Positions 1 through 13,149 of a DNA stretch of 64,000 bases are shown here, piece by piece (positions within the stretch are counted from its first letter, which is position 1; every line of letters begins with the position of its first letter). A model generated the notes under the pieces. The model searched no databases, was not told the origin of the DNA, and saw only the letters and a list, made by a program, of their open reading frames with translations. Origin of the DNA: Saccostrea cucullata (lineage: Eukaryota). Location of the stretch: NCBI RefSeq assembly GCF_032062105.1, contig NW_026927480.1, positions 1 through 64,000 on the forward strand, in the 5' to 3' direction. The translations under genes were made by a program, and so were the position numbers.

Positions 1-440
1 AATTATCTGTACATCCAAAAAATTTCAACATATTTGTAAACGGGATGAGAATGATAAAAAGAAAAAAATGTATCGTGTCCTGGAGTACTGCAAATTTTTT
101 TTTAGTCGGGCCATTTTAGTAAGTCGGTCGGGAGAGGGCAACTTAACAATTTTTCTAAAGATGGTCTAGTATTCTTTAAAGAAATTGAAAAAAAAATGTA
201 CTCTTTTTCCCCTTCACAGCCTTTAGAATCATGTTGTGGACTTTAGCATTGATGTCATTTCTACGTAAGGCATGACAAAGTGTTTAAAGGCTTTGAGACC
301 CAGACAATGATAAGATAACCCTACAAGTAAATACTTTGTACTTACAATAGGTAAGTAGGTTATATAGACTAAAAGAATTTATAAAATAACTAAGTAATTG
401 TTTTGTTTCAAATGAATGAACATCAAAATACGGTAATTTC

Positions 441-465
441 TCTTTCTCTCTCTCTCTCTCTCTCT
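441..465. repeat. (CT)n microsatellite
   Basis: Direct run of tc dinucleotides. Confidence 0.9.
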
Positions 466-637
466 GCTAGTTTTAATTTGTAAGTCAATTAGAAGCAAAT
501 TTGAAACAAAGGCAGACTGAGATAGTTCGCTCCAAGATCTATTTTAACAGTTTCTTTCAGAATGATGATGATACAACTTTAGATAATTGTTATTTAATTT
601 TTTTTCAGAAAAGTTTTTTAACAGTGAATTAGGGAAA

Positions 638-3121
638 ATGAAAAGTTTTACGTCTTTGATTCAGGTGAGCCTTTCAAGCTTAACATTCGATAGAAATGGG
701 GATATATTGTCCTATTTCTTTTAGTTTCAATAATATACTTCTCTTTTCTTCGTTCTTAAAATAAAGGGGTGAGGTGAAATAATAAAGATGTCATAAGACC
801 TTCTTTCTAATCGTGGATTTCAATCTACTTGTCACAAAATACAATGTATATCGAAATTGGCTTTATTCATTCCGATACGTAATTTTACGTTAGGAAAAAC
901 TTTGATCCGCATATCATGATCAGTGAGTCATTAATTCTTTTACTTGTATGTATGTATACAGTGCATTCTCTATATACTACAGTGATGTACCGGTATGTGT
1001 TTTTGAGTGCTATTATGCTGTTGATCAAAGAAAAAAGACTTGGGCTGACTAAAGTGTGTCCGTCTTTTAGTGTAAATTTCACCTTGTTTACCATTCTGGT
1101 TTGGTCATTTTGTACCATGTACTAATAAAATGTTTAGTAAAAACCATCAAGACCATTAATTTAAAAAATCAGAAGTTTGTAAAAGCATGTTTAATCTGGT
1201 AGTAACATATTTATCTACACAAAGGTACATGTATTGTGATTTGTTGAACCTTGTCTTCTTTTTAACCTTTACCCAGAAATGTGTAAAATACATTAAAGCT
1301 TAATTATAAAGAGCCTTGCATATTTTACTCAATGTATTATGACTTTATCACATGTATATTTAAAACTTATTACATGTATATCAAAGTGACAAATCTAAAA
1401 TGGGTTTGAAAATGTGCTTTAACTTATAAGAGCATTGGGGGGAGGGGGGTCACTGTCATTTTAATTATTTACACACAGAATTGATGACAGATTTTCCCCT
1501 TATTTTCTGATCCCCACATGGAGAACTTGGCAGATGTGACTGGTCGGCATGGGATGCTCAATCCCCCATTGCACCTAGTTCCACCTTTGATCCGTGTTTG
1601 CTCTGCTCCTATTTTGTATTGTTTTATGGACTTTTGAGCTTGAATACAGTTCGTTGCATGTATTTTCATATGTTTCATCTATGAAATTAAAACTAAATGG
1701 TGATGCAACATGTGAAAAATAAAAAAAAATGTGTTGATGTGAAAAAAAAATTAACGTTTATTTCACGATTTCCTTTTCAGATACCATTATTTGTACTTGT
1801 CGCCAGTTTTTGTATGGCAGAGGGCTTCCTTTTGCCTGGAGACGTGTGTCCATTCAACCAAAAATGCACGTGTACATTTAATCGCATAGACTGCAGTTAT
1901 CGCTACCTGACCGAAGTGATGAACTTTACCTCTTACAATCAGCGCGCTGATTACGTTGGACTCAATCACAACTTTATAACGAGCATTCAGTCAAACTCTT
2001 TCTCCACCCTCTTTTCCGCGTCATCTAGACGCATTCTCATCCGGTTGGATTATAATAGAATTGACAGTGTGGATGTTGACGCGTTTGCGGGTATGCCTAG
2101 TAATGTTACTGTGGTTGTCTACTTGAACGACAACAATCTAAAAACGATACCGCCAGCTCTTGAGAAAATATCTGGATTGTCTTCTCTTTACGTTCAAAAC
2201 AATCCCCTAACTAATATAGACGTACTGACAACCATCGGACCTGCTTTAAGTGTGTTGAGTTTAAGTTTGAAAAATTTCCAAACCTGGCCGACACAGTTCC
2301 AAAATTTGACACATATAGTTCATTTGACATTGGACGAAATTCCTTTCAAAAATCTAAGTAGTGATGCATTGAAAAATGTGGACAGTCTGACCTCGCTCAC
2401 TATATCAAACTCAGAATTAGAACACGTGCCGGAGGCAATATGTGTACTGAAAGATATGCAGTTATTTTATTTTATTAAGAATAAGAAACTGAATCAGGAC
2501 CGAAAACCATTGGTGCCGTGTCCAGGATACGTGCTGAATTACGTCTCATTTGTTGATATGAGCGAAAACGAGCTGAGTGCTTTCCCAAATGTATTCGATA
2601 CGTTTCCTTCAGTAAAACGACTCCAGTTGATCGGTAATAAAATCCATTACATCGAAGCTGACGTCATTCCCCATCACCCAATGGTGGAGAGACTTTACCT
2701 GGACGGAAACCGAATGAAGCGAATTCCGGGAAAACTCACTCAGTTCTCGGCTTTAAAACAATTATTTTTATCAAACAATGACATTTCGACCGTCGAAGAC
2801 TGTGATTTAGCAGGACTAAGGCAACTTGATCAATTGTATCTTAACAATAACCCGGTGGAGTATGTATCCAAGACTGCACTCGTTGACGCACATCTACTTC
2901 AACGCCTAGAACTAGGAAATACTAATTTGCGTAAAATACCGGAAGCACTTTCACCTCTCACAAAACTCTCGTATTTGAACCTAACCGGAAGTCCAATAGA
3001 ATGTGACTGCTCCATGAAATTTCTTAGATCCGCCCTTCCACTGGATGTCCAGGGCACCTGTACTTCATCTTCTCAAACAATCAACGAATATATTGCCAGC
3101 TCTGCTGGGTCATGTCCATAA
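638..3121 (+). CDS. Secreted leucine-rich-repeat protein (signal peptide, LRRNT, multiple LRRs, LRRCT, no TM), ~455 aa, 2 coding exons
   Basis: Exon 638-664 (ATG...CAG|gtgag, MKSFTSLIQ, phase 0) joins exon 1781-3121 (ttttcag|ATA), giving a hydrophobic leader ...IPLFVLVASFCMAEG-FLL. LRRNT CPFNQKCTCTFNRIDC; repeated LxxLxLxxNxI/L motifs; LRRCT-like PIECDC...GTC...CP at the C-terminus. Probable 5'UTR exon 220-350. Confidence 0.88.
1500..1680 (+). mobile_element. Short dispersed repeat (SINE-like); further partial copies at ~6975-7050 (reverse) and ~11730-11790
   Basis: Shared core ggcagatgtgactggtcggcatgggatgctca...gcacctagttccacct, seen reverse-complemented at ~6980-7040 and degenerate at ~11735-11780. 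Confidence 0.55.
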
Positions 3122-3902
3122 TAACTGTCGGCATATGTTACAATGGTCAACATCAATCATTATGGTTTTGAATTTATCCAATTGTAAATTACGGAGTAAT
3201 GAATTCACATTGTGCTGAAAACAATTCATTTACATTCAATGTTTTTATTTTTTATTTATTTTGAAGATTGTGTATTGGAATTATTTTAAACAGCATTTTC
3301 TTTTCTTCAATTCTTTGAAGTGTAAAATAAAAATCATAAGTCCTTGAAGATACGAGAGACTTCCTCGTTTTGACTCCTCATTCTTGTTTTTGACTGATTT
3401 TGAGTGATTGTCAAGAATTATTGATGCTAAAAAAACTGAAGCAAAATAATTCCATATGATAAATATACATGTAAGATATATCGTATAAGATTCATACAAA
3501 ATATATCATTCAAAATGTTACAGTATGAAGGTGGATTGTGATGGATTATTGTTAATTTTGAGCATCTCAATGCACTTGGTAATTTATCATAAATTTAAAA
3601 TAAAAAAGGAAGAAAAACAAATACAAAACATTGGTATAAACCGTAGCCATCGTTCTTCTATCCTTTCCGGTCACATATATTTGAAATATGTTTGGAAAGA
3701 ATGCATATAATGAATGTGTCCGGCATCATTTGAATGTACTTGCTTTCAATTTGAATGCACTTTATATGGGACAGACTGTTATACGTAAAAAAGGTGACAA
3801 GATCTCTGAAGCGTGACGCCTTTTCCACAGGTGATGATGACAGACTACTGTTGATTTTAATCTGTTCTCTGCTCTACCGTGCGAGGTGACGACAGAACCA
3901 AC

Positions 3903-6263
3903 ATGTCGAAAATATTCTGTAGAAGGATTTCTATTATTTTCTTAGTCGGTAAGATTTCATATTATTGTTTGAAATTATTTTTTTAAAAGGACACATATTG
4001 CAAAGAATTTGTGCTTTTGTTGACAATTTGAATAGAAAAGTTAAAGATTTCTGTGTATTAATCAAGAATTATATAGTGTTAATAAATTTTAGGGCATGTC
4101 AAGTTCGCATCACCTACATGTTAAAAAAACGCACCAAATTTTGAAGTTGTCCGCTTAAATCTTCATATTTTTTATCTTTTTTTTCTAGGATTCAGGCTTG
4201 GATCCAGGAATTTTTTCCAAGGGGGAGGGAGGGGGGCTCAATCCTAGTCAAAGATTTTCGGACCAAAAAGTATCCTGACAAGCAAAAAAAAATATCCCCC
4301 AAACAAACAAACAAAACAAAGCAACGTAAATTTCTTCCCAAACTTAAAAAACCTATTTCGTGTGTGTGTGAGGGGGTGGGGGTGGAGGGTAGTCGTCTTT
4401 GATTTTTAAGCCTCAGACTTATGACTTTCCATACCCTTTTCACATAAATCTGCTTTTTCAGGGAAGGGTCCGTATTTTCGGGGGTGGGGGGAGGTCAGTT
4501 TAATTTGATTTAGTACAAACATTTATTGGGAGGTCAACATTACCGCTACATTGCCAAAAATTTCAACTCATTACCGCTACATTTATTAACCCTGCAAATT
4601 CCCCCCCCCCCTTGATCCGCACATGTAATATTTTATTCGCTATAATATTTTCTTATTCAAAATTCAATTTTCGGAAAACAAGATTTCTGTCATTTATACA
4701 TTTTTGTATTACCTCATTTAGTGGGTCACAGGTAAGGTTTTGGAACACCTAATTGTGTGGTTACACTGTTAAATAGGATACATATACATATAGGAGTGTT
4801 TTTACTTCTTTGCTCAAAAAAAAGGAAAAATTAATAGGAAATTAAACAAAATAAAAAAAAATTGAGGCGTTTTTCCCTTAAATTGTTGAAATCCAATGGG
4901 CACTGCCGTGAACAAGTGTGCTTGAGAATCTTTACACAGCTGACAATTTGTAACCATTATCATCCTACATAATATTTTTAATGACTCGTGACCCTCTGTG
5001 TTTAGATAATTCTTTTCAAAAGAGGAAAGGTGCTAAATTTTAACAGACAGTTTAAAGATAATTTTTTTTTAAAAAGTTTTTTAATAAATATTTCATTTGA
5101 ATCTAAAGTATTTGTGTGGTGCAGAGTTTGACATGAATATTTCAACTACAATGAGGTCATAATTTTTCTCCCAAATAACGCACTAAAATATCATATGATA
5201 AATTCATTGAAAAAATTGTGATTTTTTAAGAATTTTTTTGGTAGAAAAATGAGCATTAGGATATAGTCATAATCTTAAAAAAATCATCTCAACAATAGCA
5301 ACAGAATCTTTTCTAAACTGTTACTGCTACTGTTACTGTTAATTATAAGAAATGATTTTTGAAAAAATCTTTCTTTACAGGGATAGCTTTGTTTTAATTG
5401 GTCATTACCATGTATAAAAAAGCTCTTGAAAACTATTTTGTTTAACACATTTTACTTTTTTTTCTTTTTTAGCAATAGTTATAAATCACGTGACTTCTCA
5501 GTTTACGAGTTCTCGTATTGGATCCTCTAGACGCGACTCTACGAGACCTGTATTCTCATTTGCCGGAAATTCCGAGACGGCTGACCAATCGAGACGAGAA
5601 ATCACAGGCGAAACTTCATTTGGAGGAAGACAAACCTGGCGCGGAAATACTCAGAATATGAGAACTGGCTTTCCAGAGAACAACTGGAATAGAAACGAAA
5701 ACACTGCAGACAGAAGGACTGTAAATTTTGTCAATGTGCAATCAAACCGTGGAGATCAGATAGACAGGACGCCTAGCAGATTTAGTGCCAACAACATAAA
5801 ACGAGATGCAATGTCTGTTATTGAGTTGAACAACGAGCGCATACGTAGATTAGAAGCTGATAGAAGAAGAATAATTGAACAAAATATTCGAGAAAAATAC
5901 CAAAAGAACGATTTCTTGAATACACGAGGTTTGATTTCCGGTGTACGTCTCCCAACGAGATCTCAAATCATGTCACGTGACTCAACACGATCCAATCAAA
6001 ATCAAGCATTCATGTCACCCGACTCCCCATCTTCGAATCAAAATAGACAAACAGCGTTTGCTAGGCGGAATTCTCCTCGGCCTGTCGTAACACTCGATTC
6101 AAGTCCCCCGAGTGACCGAGACACGGCACGTTCTAGGATGTCAACTGACCGCCAGTCCGCACGTGATCAGCTGGAGAGAGTTTCCGTGCCGAGGTCAGAG
6201 GGAGCAAATAATTACCTCAAACAGCTACTGTACAGAATCCTAAATAGAGTGGACAAAAATTGA
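3903..6263 (+). CDS. Orphan secreted Arg/Ser/Asn/Asp-rich intrinsically disordered protein, ~278 aa, 2 coding exons
   Basis: Exon 3903-3948 (MSKIFCRRISIIFLV G|gtaag, phase 1) joins exon 5473-6263 (tttttag|CA) in frame with the 257-aa ORF, giving the leader MSKIFCRRISIIFLVAIVINHVTS-QF. Mature part has no Cys and many RR/KR pairs. Confidence 0.8.
4193..4625. mobile_element. Non-autonomous MITE-like element in intron
   Basis: Termini caggcttggatccagg...gggggaggg and cccccccccccttgatccgcacatg form imperfect inverted repeats, of the same type as the element at 34016-34433. Confidence 0.5.
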
Positions 6264-8068
6264 TTTGTTTTAAACTTTACTCCGTGTTTATTTATATTTT
6301 AAGTTTTGTCCTGTGAAACCGTTGAAGAAATTTTAATGATACTTGTATATATGTACCTGCATGTATCTATGCTCAAACTTTTGTAAAATGAACAATGAAT
6401 TATTATCAATGTCCTTAAATTGTTTCTTTATTTTTTTTAAGTTGGACGAAACCATTAACCATTGCATTAGAAACGTGGATAAAACATCAGAGTAAACAAT
6501 CTGTTGTCACTATTACGTAAACATATACATGTCTAGCTGTTGATTGTATGATCATGAATGACTTCAGTTATTAGGTGCACTAATTAAACCGATTGACTAC
6601 TTATACATGCACCTGTACTTTAAGAGTTCGGTTTGCATCAAATCGATTCGATTAAAAAAAAATAATTGGGAGTCATTCGTACTTGAAAATCAAAGGTAGG
6701 CCTACGCACTCGTCCACCCTAAACTGTCTCGAGCTCGCTCTCTAAATAATACATAAATCACCTTCTTCCTAGATACCTTGAAGAAAAACCAATATCTTTA
6801 TTATTGGTTATATATCGAGTATTTTTATAAACATAAATAAAATCATATTTGTCATTGTTCTCCCTCTCTCATCTTTCTTATATAAAATATAAGGATAAAG
6901 AACTGTATGACATTTTAAAGCCCTTTTAACCAGTAAACACAGATCGGAAGCAGAGAAAACACAGACTTATAAAATGTTAGAGGTGGGATAACGTGCCATG
7001 GAGAAGTGATCATCTCCTGCGGATCGGTCACATCTGCCGTGTGCTCCTTTTCTTGATCAGGAAAAAATCCGAAGACAATTCAATTTCACAAGGTAATGTT
7101 ATCGACAATAAAACTTAAGCAGTTGACAACCTTGTTTCATCAAATTGTTTATCAATCGCTTTTTTTTAATGGTTCATTCCTAGAGCATGCTCTTTAGTAT
7201 CGCATTAATGCATTAATTCCATATGCAGGTGATAAGGGTATATTGCTTAATAATTATAAATGGTTGTTCTGTCGAAACATAACTTTAAAGAAAGATACAC
7301 TATTTATTTCTTTGTTCATTACTTCGGATCTTTCCACTTGTACTTGCGAGAACTTTGCAAGTACCTGCGACTGTATGTTTGCAGACAATTCATTCTGAAT
7401 TATTCCTCTATCAAAAACGATAATAATTACATGATCATAATAATAACCAAATTTGCAACACTGTTTTGCTTAAATAATTAATAATTATCTTGCAAAAAAG
7501 GACTTCTGTTTAAAAATAACCCTTGTGATCTACAGTAGGAATACTGAAAAATAAGATTATATGTTTATGTTTATATCATTATGTCAATTGCTATTTTAAA
7601 TTTTATTTTCCTTCGATTTCCATTCACGTAGTATCCTTATCATTTGGGGTCCAAAATAAGTAACATTGTCCGTAGATGCCATTTGACTTAAAGGCACATA
7701 TCCCCACGATTAGTAAACTGTATTTAAAACTGAGAGTAATCCTATGAACGGATTATAGAGCGTCCTTATCGCCGACATTAGCAGGTGCGAGCTACTTCAT
7801 TCACGTCATCTTCAAAGGTCATGACCCAATAATAGGTACATTATCTACCGGAAGTAACGTAAGTATGTTATTTAGAACTTGTTAACTTTCTTTGCTCTTA
7901 ATAAAAATTCAATTTTTCGAGAAAAAAAGATATCTGAAATCGATCTTCTTTTGTTTGACTGTTTGAATAGAAATCAAATGAAATTCTCGATTTGTAAATG
8001 ATTCCACGAGAACTGCAATTTACTAACTAAAATTGTTGATGTATATGTTTTTTGGGCAGGGCAAAATA

Positions 8069-11000
8069 ATGAAGGCAGCTTTCATTTTCACAATTTTCCT
8101 CCTTTTTCATAGCGAACTAAATGCTCAAGGTAAGTTTATAATGTTTAAAAGATAAAGTTAATCATAGTGTTTCAAAAATTAATAAAAGTTAATTTGAATG
8201 GTTGCTCTTTGGATAGATATATAATTCACGCGTAAAGTGCATGCAATTTTAACAATCTAAATTTTGCACTGTAACGCGTAATGAAAAATAATATATGCGT
8301 CTTGTCTTGTATGTGTTACAGTGCAACAGTACAAATAGTCATAATTTTATGCTTTCCTTTATCACGAGAAACATTGTATTAAATCGAAAAGGAACAAAGA
8401 TAAAAATGGCAAAAGGAAACAAATGATAAAAATAACACTGCCTGTTTGTACAGAATTTTCCTGATAATAAATTCCTTTGGGGATTTTTTTTTTTTTTTGT
8501 TTTTGTTTTTTGTTTTTTTTGTTTTTTGTTTTTACAGCTCAGCTGTTTTTCCAGAAACTCAGGCAAGCATCTAATGGAAGCAGATGTAAATCAGAATCAA
8601 TATCATGCTTACCCGCCCCGTGGTGTCATACCGTCACAGACGTAAATGGCTGTCATACTTGTGCATGCGATAGTAAGCTTTCATTATAGAAATTTATAGA
8701 TATTTTTAAATTCAAACGAAGAGACGTTAGAGGATGAGGGGGATTTTTATCACTTTAAAAAGAAACATGGCGTAGCGTAATTTTTCTAAATTTAAAAAAT
8801 AAACGGACACGTTTCTTGTTAATTTGCCCATTTGACCAGATTCATAATTATCCATACATTGAGAAAACTTTTATCCTCTTCATCGCGACTTAATATTATT
8901 ATGCATATTAAAATAGTAATTGTTTAGATGAGACCGTAAAAGCCGAGGTCCTGTGTCGTAGTAGGTGCTGGCACGAAAAAGAGTCTTCATTGGTCAATGA
9001 CCACTTTTGATCGCTTAAATCCGACTTTTAAAAACATTTTCTTGTGAGATCGTCTATTAATTTTTTTGTAAGCAATCTTAAGGCCTGTGGCCGTGAGAGT
9101 CGAGCATTGGTCAAAATTTGAAGCTCCTCTCCGACTCGGCAAGCGGTGGCGTCTCCATATGAGTGAAAAATTCACAAGAGGGAAAGTAAACAACAAATAA
9201 ACAAATAAACAGATACAGAATTTTGAAATTCATTCACCTATATCATCACAATTCTTCGAGAACCTTCAGTACTCTCTTACTAGAACCAACTGCACCTTTA
9301 ACAGACGGTTGTTTCCAGTTTTATCTAGAACGAGTCATTGGACAAAGTGCATATAACACAAATAAGTCTTATGGGATCGTCCTATTATCAAAAAAGTTCC
9401 AAATATAGAATTGAACCTTTATGCAAGATGACATAAGGATAGACAGTGAACGTTGTACGGGCTATTTTCAGATTTTGAACTTGTTTCTACTCTTTGACAA
9501 GTATATCTATATGCATTCCAAATGAACTGCATATTCAAGCATAAGCCTAATATGTGCTAAATTGCAACTTCATATTGCACATTCTTTATTGTTTAGTTAC
9601 ATTATTTAAACAGTTGGGTTTTTTTCAATACATTATTCAATAACTGTTAGCAAACGACCTCAACTTTCAATATTAAATTAAACAGGAATGAATGGATGAT
9701 TTGATTATGTAAATCAATGAATGTATGATTTGAAATATTTGCATCTAATCAACTTTTTGTGTTTTAACATCTGTGTGCGCCTTTTGTCATGTAAATTTCG
9801 AATTTACCGAGTGGCAGTAAATACAAAATTTACAACATGACATTTTTGAAGCTTTTGAAACTTTTAGTAAAGATTATCCTTGAAGAATTAAAAAGAACAA
9901 AACATATTTGCCAATCTAAAATGTATTAGAACTACATGTTCTTTCAATATTAACCTGAAAACAGGAAGTTTCCGCTACTCCAGGGAGACAACTAATGCAG
10001 GCCCACTGAGTCCGTTTTCGGCGTCCATGTTTGGTAAAAATGGCGGCTTTGGTTTTCCTGGTTTTCCAAGCTTCAGTGGTAAATATTTTCTGAATGAAAT
10101 ATTGCGAAATTGGATTATTATTAAGAAGAATTTTATCACCTCATATATACTGAGAATTTTCTAGCAATAAATATCAAACAGTTTCTTCTACATTCAATGT
10201 TTCTCTAAATGTAACACATCAACATACTTTTGAGTTTGTACAAAAACTTAAACATCTTAAGGTCAGATGGGACCGATGAACCCTATGGCCGCCATGTTGG
10301 GTACAGGAAATTCAATGTCTGGCGCCGGGGGCTCCTTTCCTGGCATGGGAAATTCCCCTATGTCAGGGCAAATGGGATTCCCTGGAGGTATGTCCCCAAT
10401 GGGAGGATTCATGGGACAAATGAACCCGATGTCAGGGGCGTCGCTAGGACTGGCCAATCAAAAAACGCCTGTTAGTAATCAGACGTCATGTGACCCCGCC
10501 CCTTATACATGTCCAGCCCCGCCCCCTTGGTGTCAGCGCATTGTTGATGCAGAGGGATGTACAAAATGTCTCTGTGGAAATGGTAATTATTATAAATATC
10601 GTATTTAAGAAATGTTTCTAGTTTATAATATAATAAATATCAAACTATTTAACCTTTTTATCATATCATTACAACTAATGCTATGCAAATAGCAGATAAC
10701 TGAAAATACATGTAATCGTTTAAATATTTTAATTTTATCACACAGACCTTCAAGCTTATTTTGACAAACTTCAAGGGGTAACAAAAGATATCACAACAGC
10801 CACTCCTTCTTCAACTGCCAATCAAACAATTACAACTGTGACGTCACGTGTATCTCCCACAACCGCTTCAACTACAACCACGCCTACCTCAACAATAGCC
10901 CCGCCCCTTGGGAAAGCGTGCTTAGCGAACTTTTTCTGTACGCTGGACTGCCGGACTGGATACCAAACCGATTCCACGGGATGTCCACTGTGTTCTTGTA

Positions 11001-11353
11001 ATGGGGACGTTGGCATCGTTACGCAGGGTATACTTTTTTTAGGCTTTTGTCAATGTGTATTTTTTGAAGCAACAATTAACTGTTGATATTTTAAGTACCA
11101 TATATAGGCATACAAACAATGTATTGCTATTATAAAATAAATACAATGTATTGAAAATAAATTTTATTTAGGTTCACCGATTCCGGATTCGTCTACGACC
11201 CAAGTGCCGTTGACTACATTACCCCTTTCTATTTCCGATACACCTGCAGGAATTAATGTAGTCTGTCCTGGAATATTCGACTGCATGAAACAATGTATGA
11301 ATGGTTACCAAGTAGATGCACAGGGATGTCCACTTTGTCAATGTATTCAATAA
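8069..11353 (+). CDS. Secreted protein with 4 antistasin-like Cys modules, a Gly/Met/Pro-rich block and Thr-rich linkers, ~364 aa, 6 coding exons
   Basis: Exons 8069-8129, 8538-8672, 9965-10078, 10262-10582, 10746-11027, 11172-11353; all introns GT-AG phase 1; total 1095 nt, open frame to TAA. Leader MKAAFIFTIFLLFHSELNA. Modules e.g. CLANFFCTLDCRTGYQTDSTGCPLCSC and CPGIFDCMKQCMNGYQVDAQGCPLCQC. Confidence 0.85.
8925..9210 (+). mobile_element. SINE-like repeat with AAC/AAAT-rich tail; related fragments at ~24470-24730 (reverse) and ~28590-28710
   Basis: Shared 3' motif gtggcgtctccatatgagtgaaaaattc...taaacaacaaataaac recurs at ~28645-28705 as gtggtggcctctccagatgagtaaaaaaaattc...taaacaagccaac. 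Confidence 0.55.
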
Positions 11354-13149
11354 AATTTTGAACAAAATTAAATGATATATTTATCTGGTCAATTTGCAGT
11401 GATTTTGAACGTAAGGACCATACAAAATTTTGGTTTCGTAGGAATGGGACTTAAAGGACAAAACCTGATCGCAAGTTCTGTAATATGCATTGTATGAGAA
11501 AAAGAAAATACTTGCTGTGACAAGCATCTCAACAACGCTTATCTTTATAAAGTAAACAATATTTAATACAATCATATATATCTACTCGATATATCACAGA
11601 GTCTAAAAAATTAATAAAATATATAATTTGGTCTTCTTTACCATGTTTTTCGTATCAAGTAATAGATCTCTTCCTTTCTACTAAATTTCATTGCATATTA
11701 TTTCTTACACCAGATCATTACTTACGACTCACGGTGGATGTGACCAGTCGATAGGATGCTTACCCATGCATCTAAGATCCTAATCTAGATTTTTTGATAG
11801 ATTGTGTCCTTTACCCTGTTATCGGGTTTAATATTTGTAAGAAGATTTTTTGAATTTTATCACTCTCTATCATCTTCACCTTTTCATTACAAAATTCATT
11901 CCAAAATCAAGCTATCCCAACAAGCCTTGCACACACAGAATACTATGCTAAACTTGTGTATGTACGACTATAGTATGTGCTTCAGTATTAATATATGCAT
12001 AAAATATTCCAAACTCGGGCAAAAAGCAGTAGCATTGCTCCATCTAATACATTGTATTGGAAATCAAATTGTTGATAGTGCAAGCGATACCAAAATTCCA
12101 GCTGTCTCGGTCAAGGTCAGATGAGCCATTTTATGAATGAATTTTGTTCTCACGCTGACTGAATCACCAAAAAGGCATGCGGAACCTATCTGTGATTTAC
12201 CTCGGAGTACTATTTCTGCATGTTACATTTCAGTACGGTAAGACAAATCACTAGCACTTTAAATATTGCAATAAAATCTGAGAAAAAATCTGCAAAATTG
12301 CAATTCTACATGCAGGCGGTGTTTAAACGAATATTGCTGAAATAGGTATTCTTTAACTAAAATATAGGGGATTTGTGAATACATGCAGCAAATACAATAA
12401 ATCAAGATAGCCAAATCCCACACATCATCACTGGCTACACTTCGGGGTTCAATCTGTGTGAGCCCTCTTTGTCGAGGACCCCTTACCAATTTCATTGGGA
12501 TTTTAAAGGTTGACTTAAAAACAAGAACAAGTGCTTGATTTTTAAAATGACAATCTATAAGGATGGTACATAAATAATATTAACACAACGTGTAACAAAA
12601 GAAAAAGCCTCTTTTAAAGTACAGCATTGCCACAAAATCGACCATCTCCCAATCCCTACCAGACAATAACATCCAAAAGATACAATTTTGATCTTTCCTA
12701 AATACCGAATTTCTCCCTAGCAGATGAAGGATAAGTAGTTTCTCCATACAGTGTAATGTCATTGCGTTCACAGCACTAGTCGTCCCCCTGTCTTATCTTA
12801 GGTCTTTTGGTACTCATTGAAATCTGACAAGAGACCTAAGGGATACTCTCTAGTCATTATTTTGAAATGAAGAATTAAATTCTTATCTAGGCTTTTTTAT
12901 TACTTTTATTTAATTTAAATTTTACAACGAAGAACAAAGCGCAGATGCATGATTCACATTTTTTACTTTTTGTCATGGTGCATTTGGAAGAAAGTTAGAA
13001 GTATTCATTAACACAAATTCGTCCTCTTGTGACTAATTCTAGGTACACCGTTGTGAAAGTAGAAGTGAATTGGTCTTTCAAAGTGTTGGATTTTTCCACT
13101 CGCTTTCATACATTCACAATTTTGAGAAAACTGAGAAAATTCTGGCTTC

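Noticed and set aside
1697-1780. ORF-track start of the LRR protein
   Set aside because: Intronic A-rich sequence ending in ttttcag; the exon at 638-664 gives a better leader.
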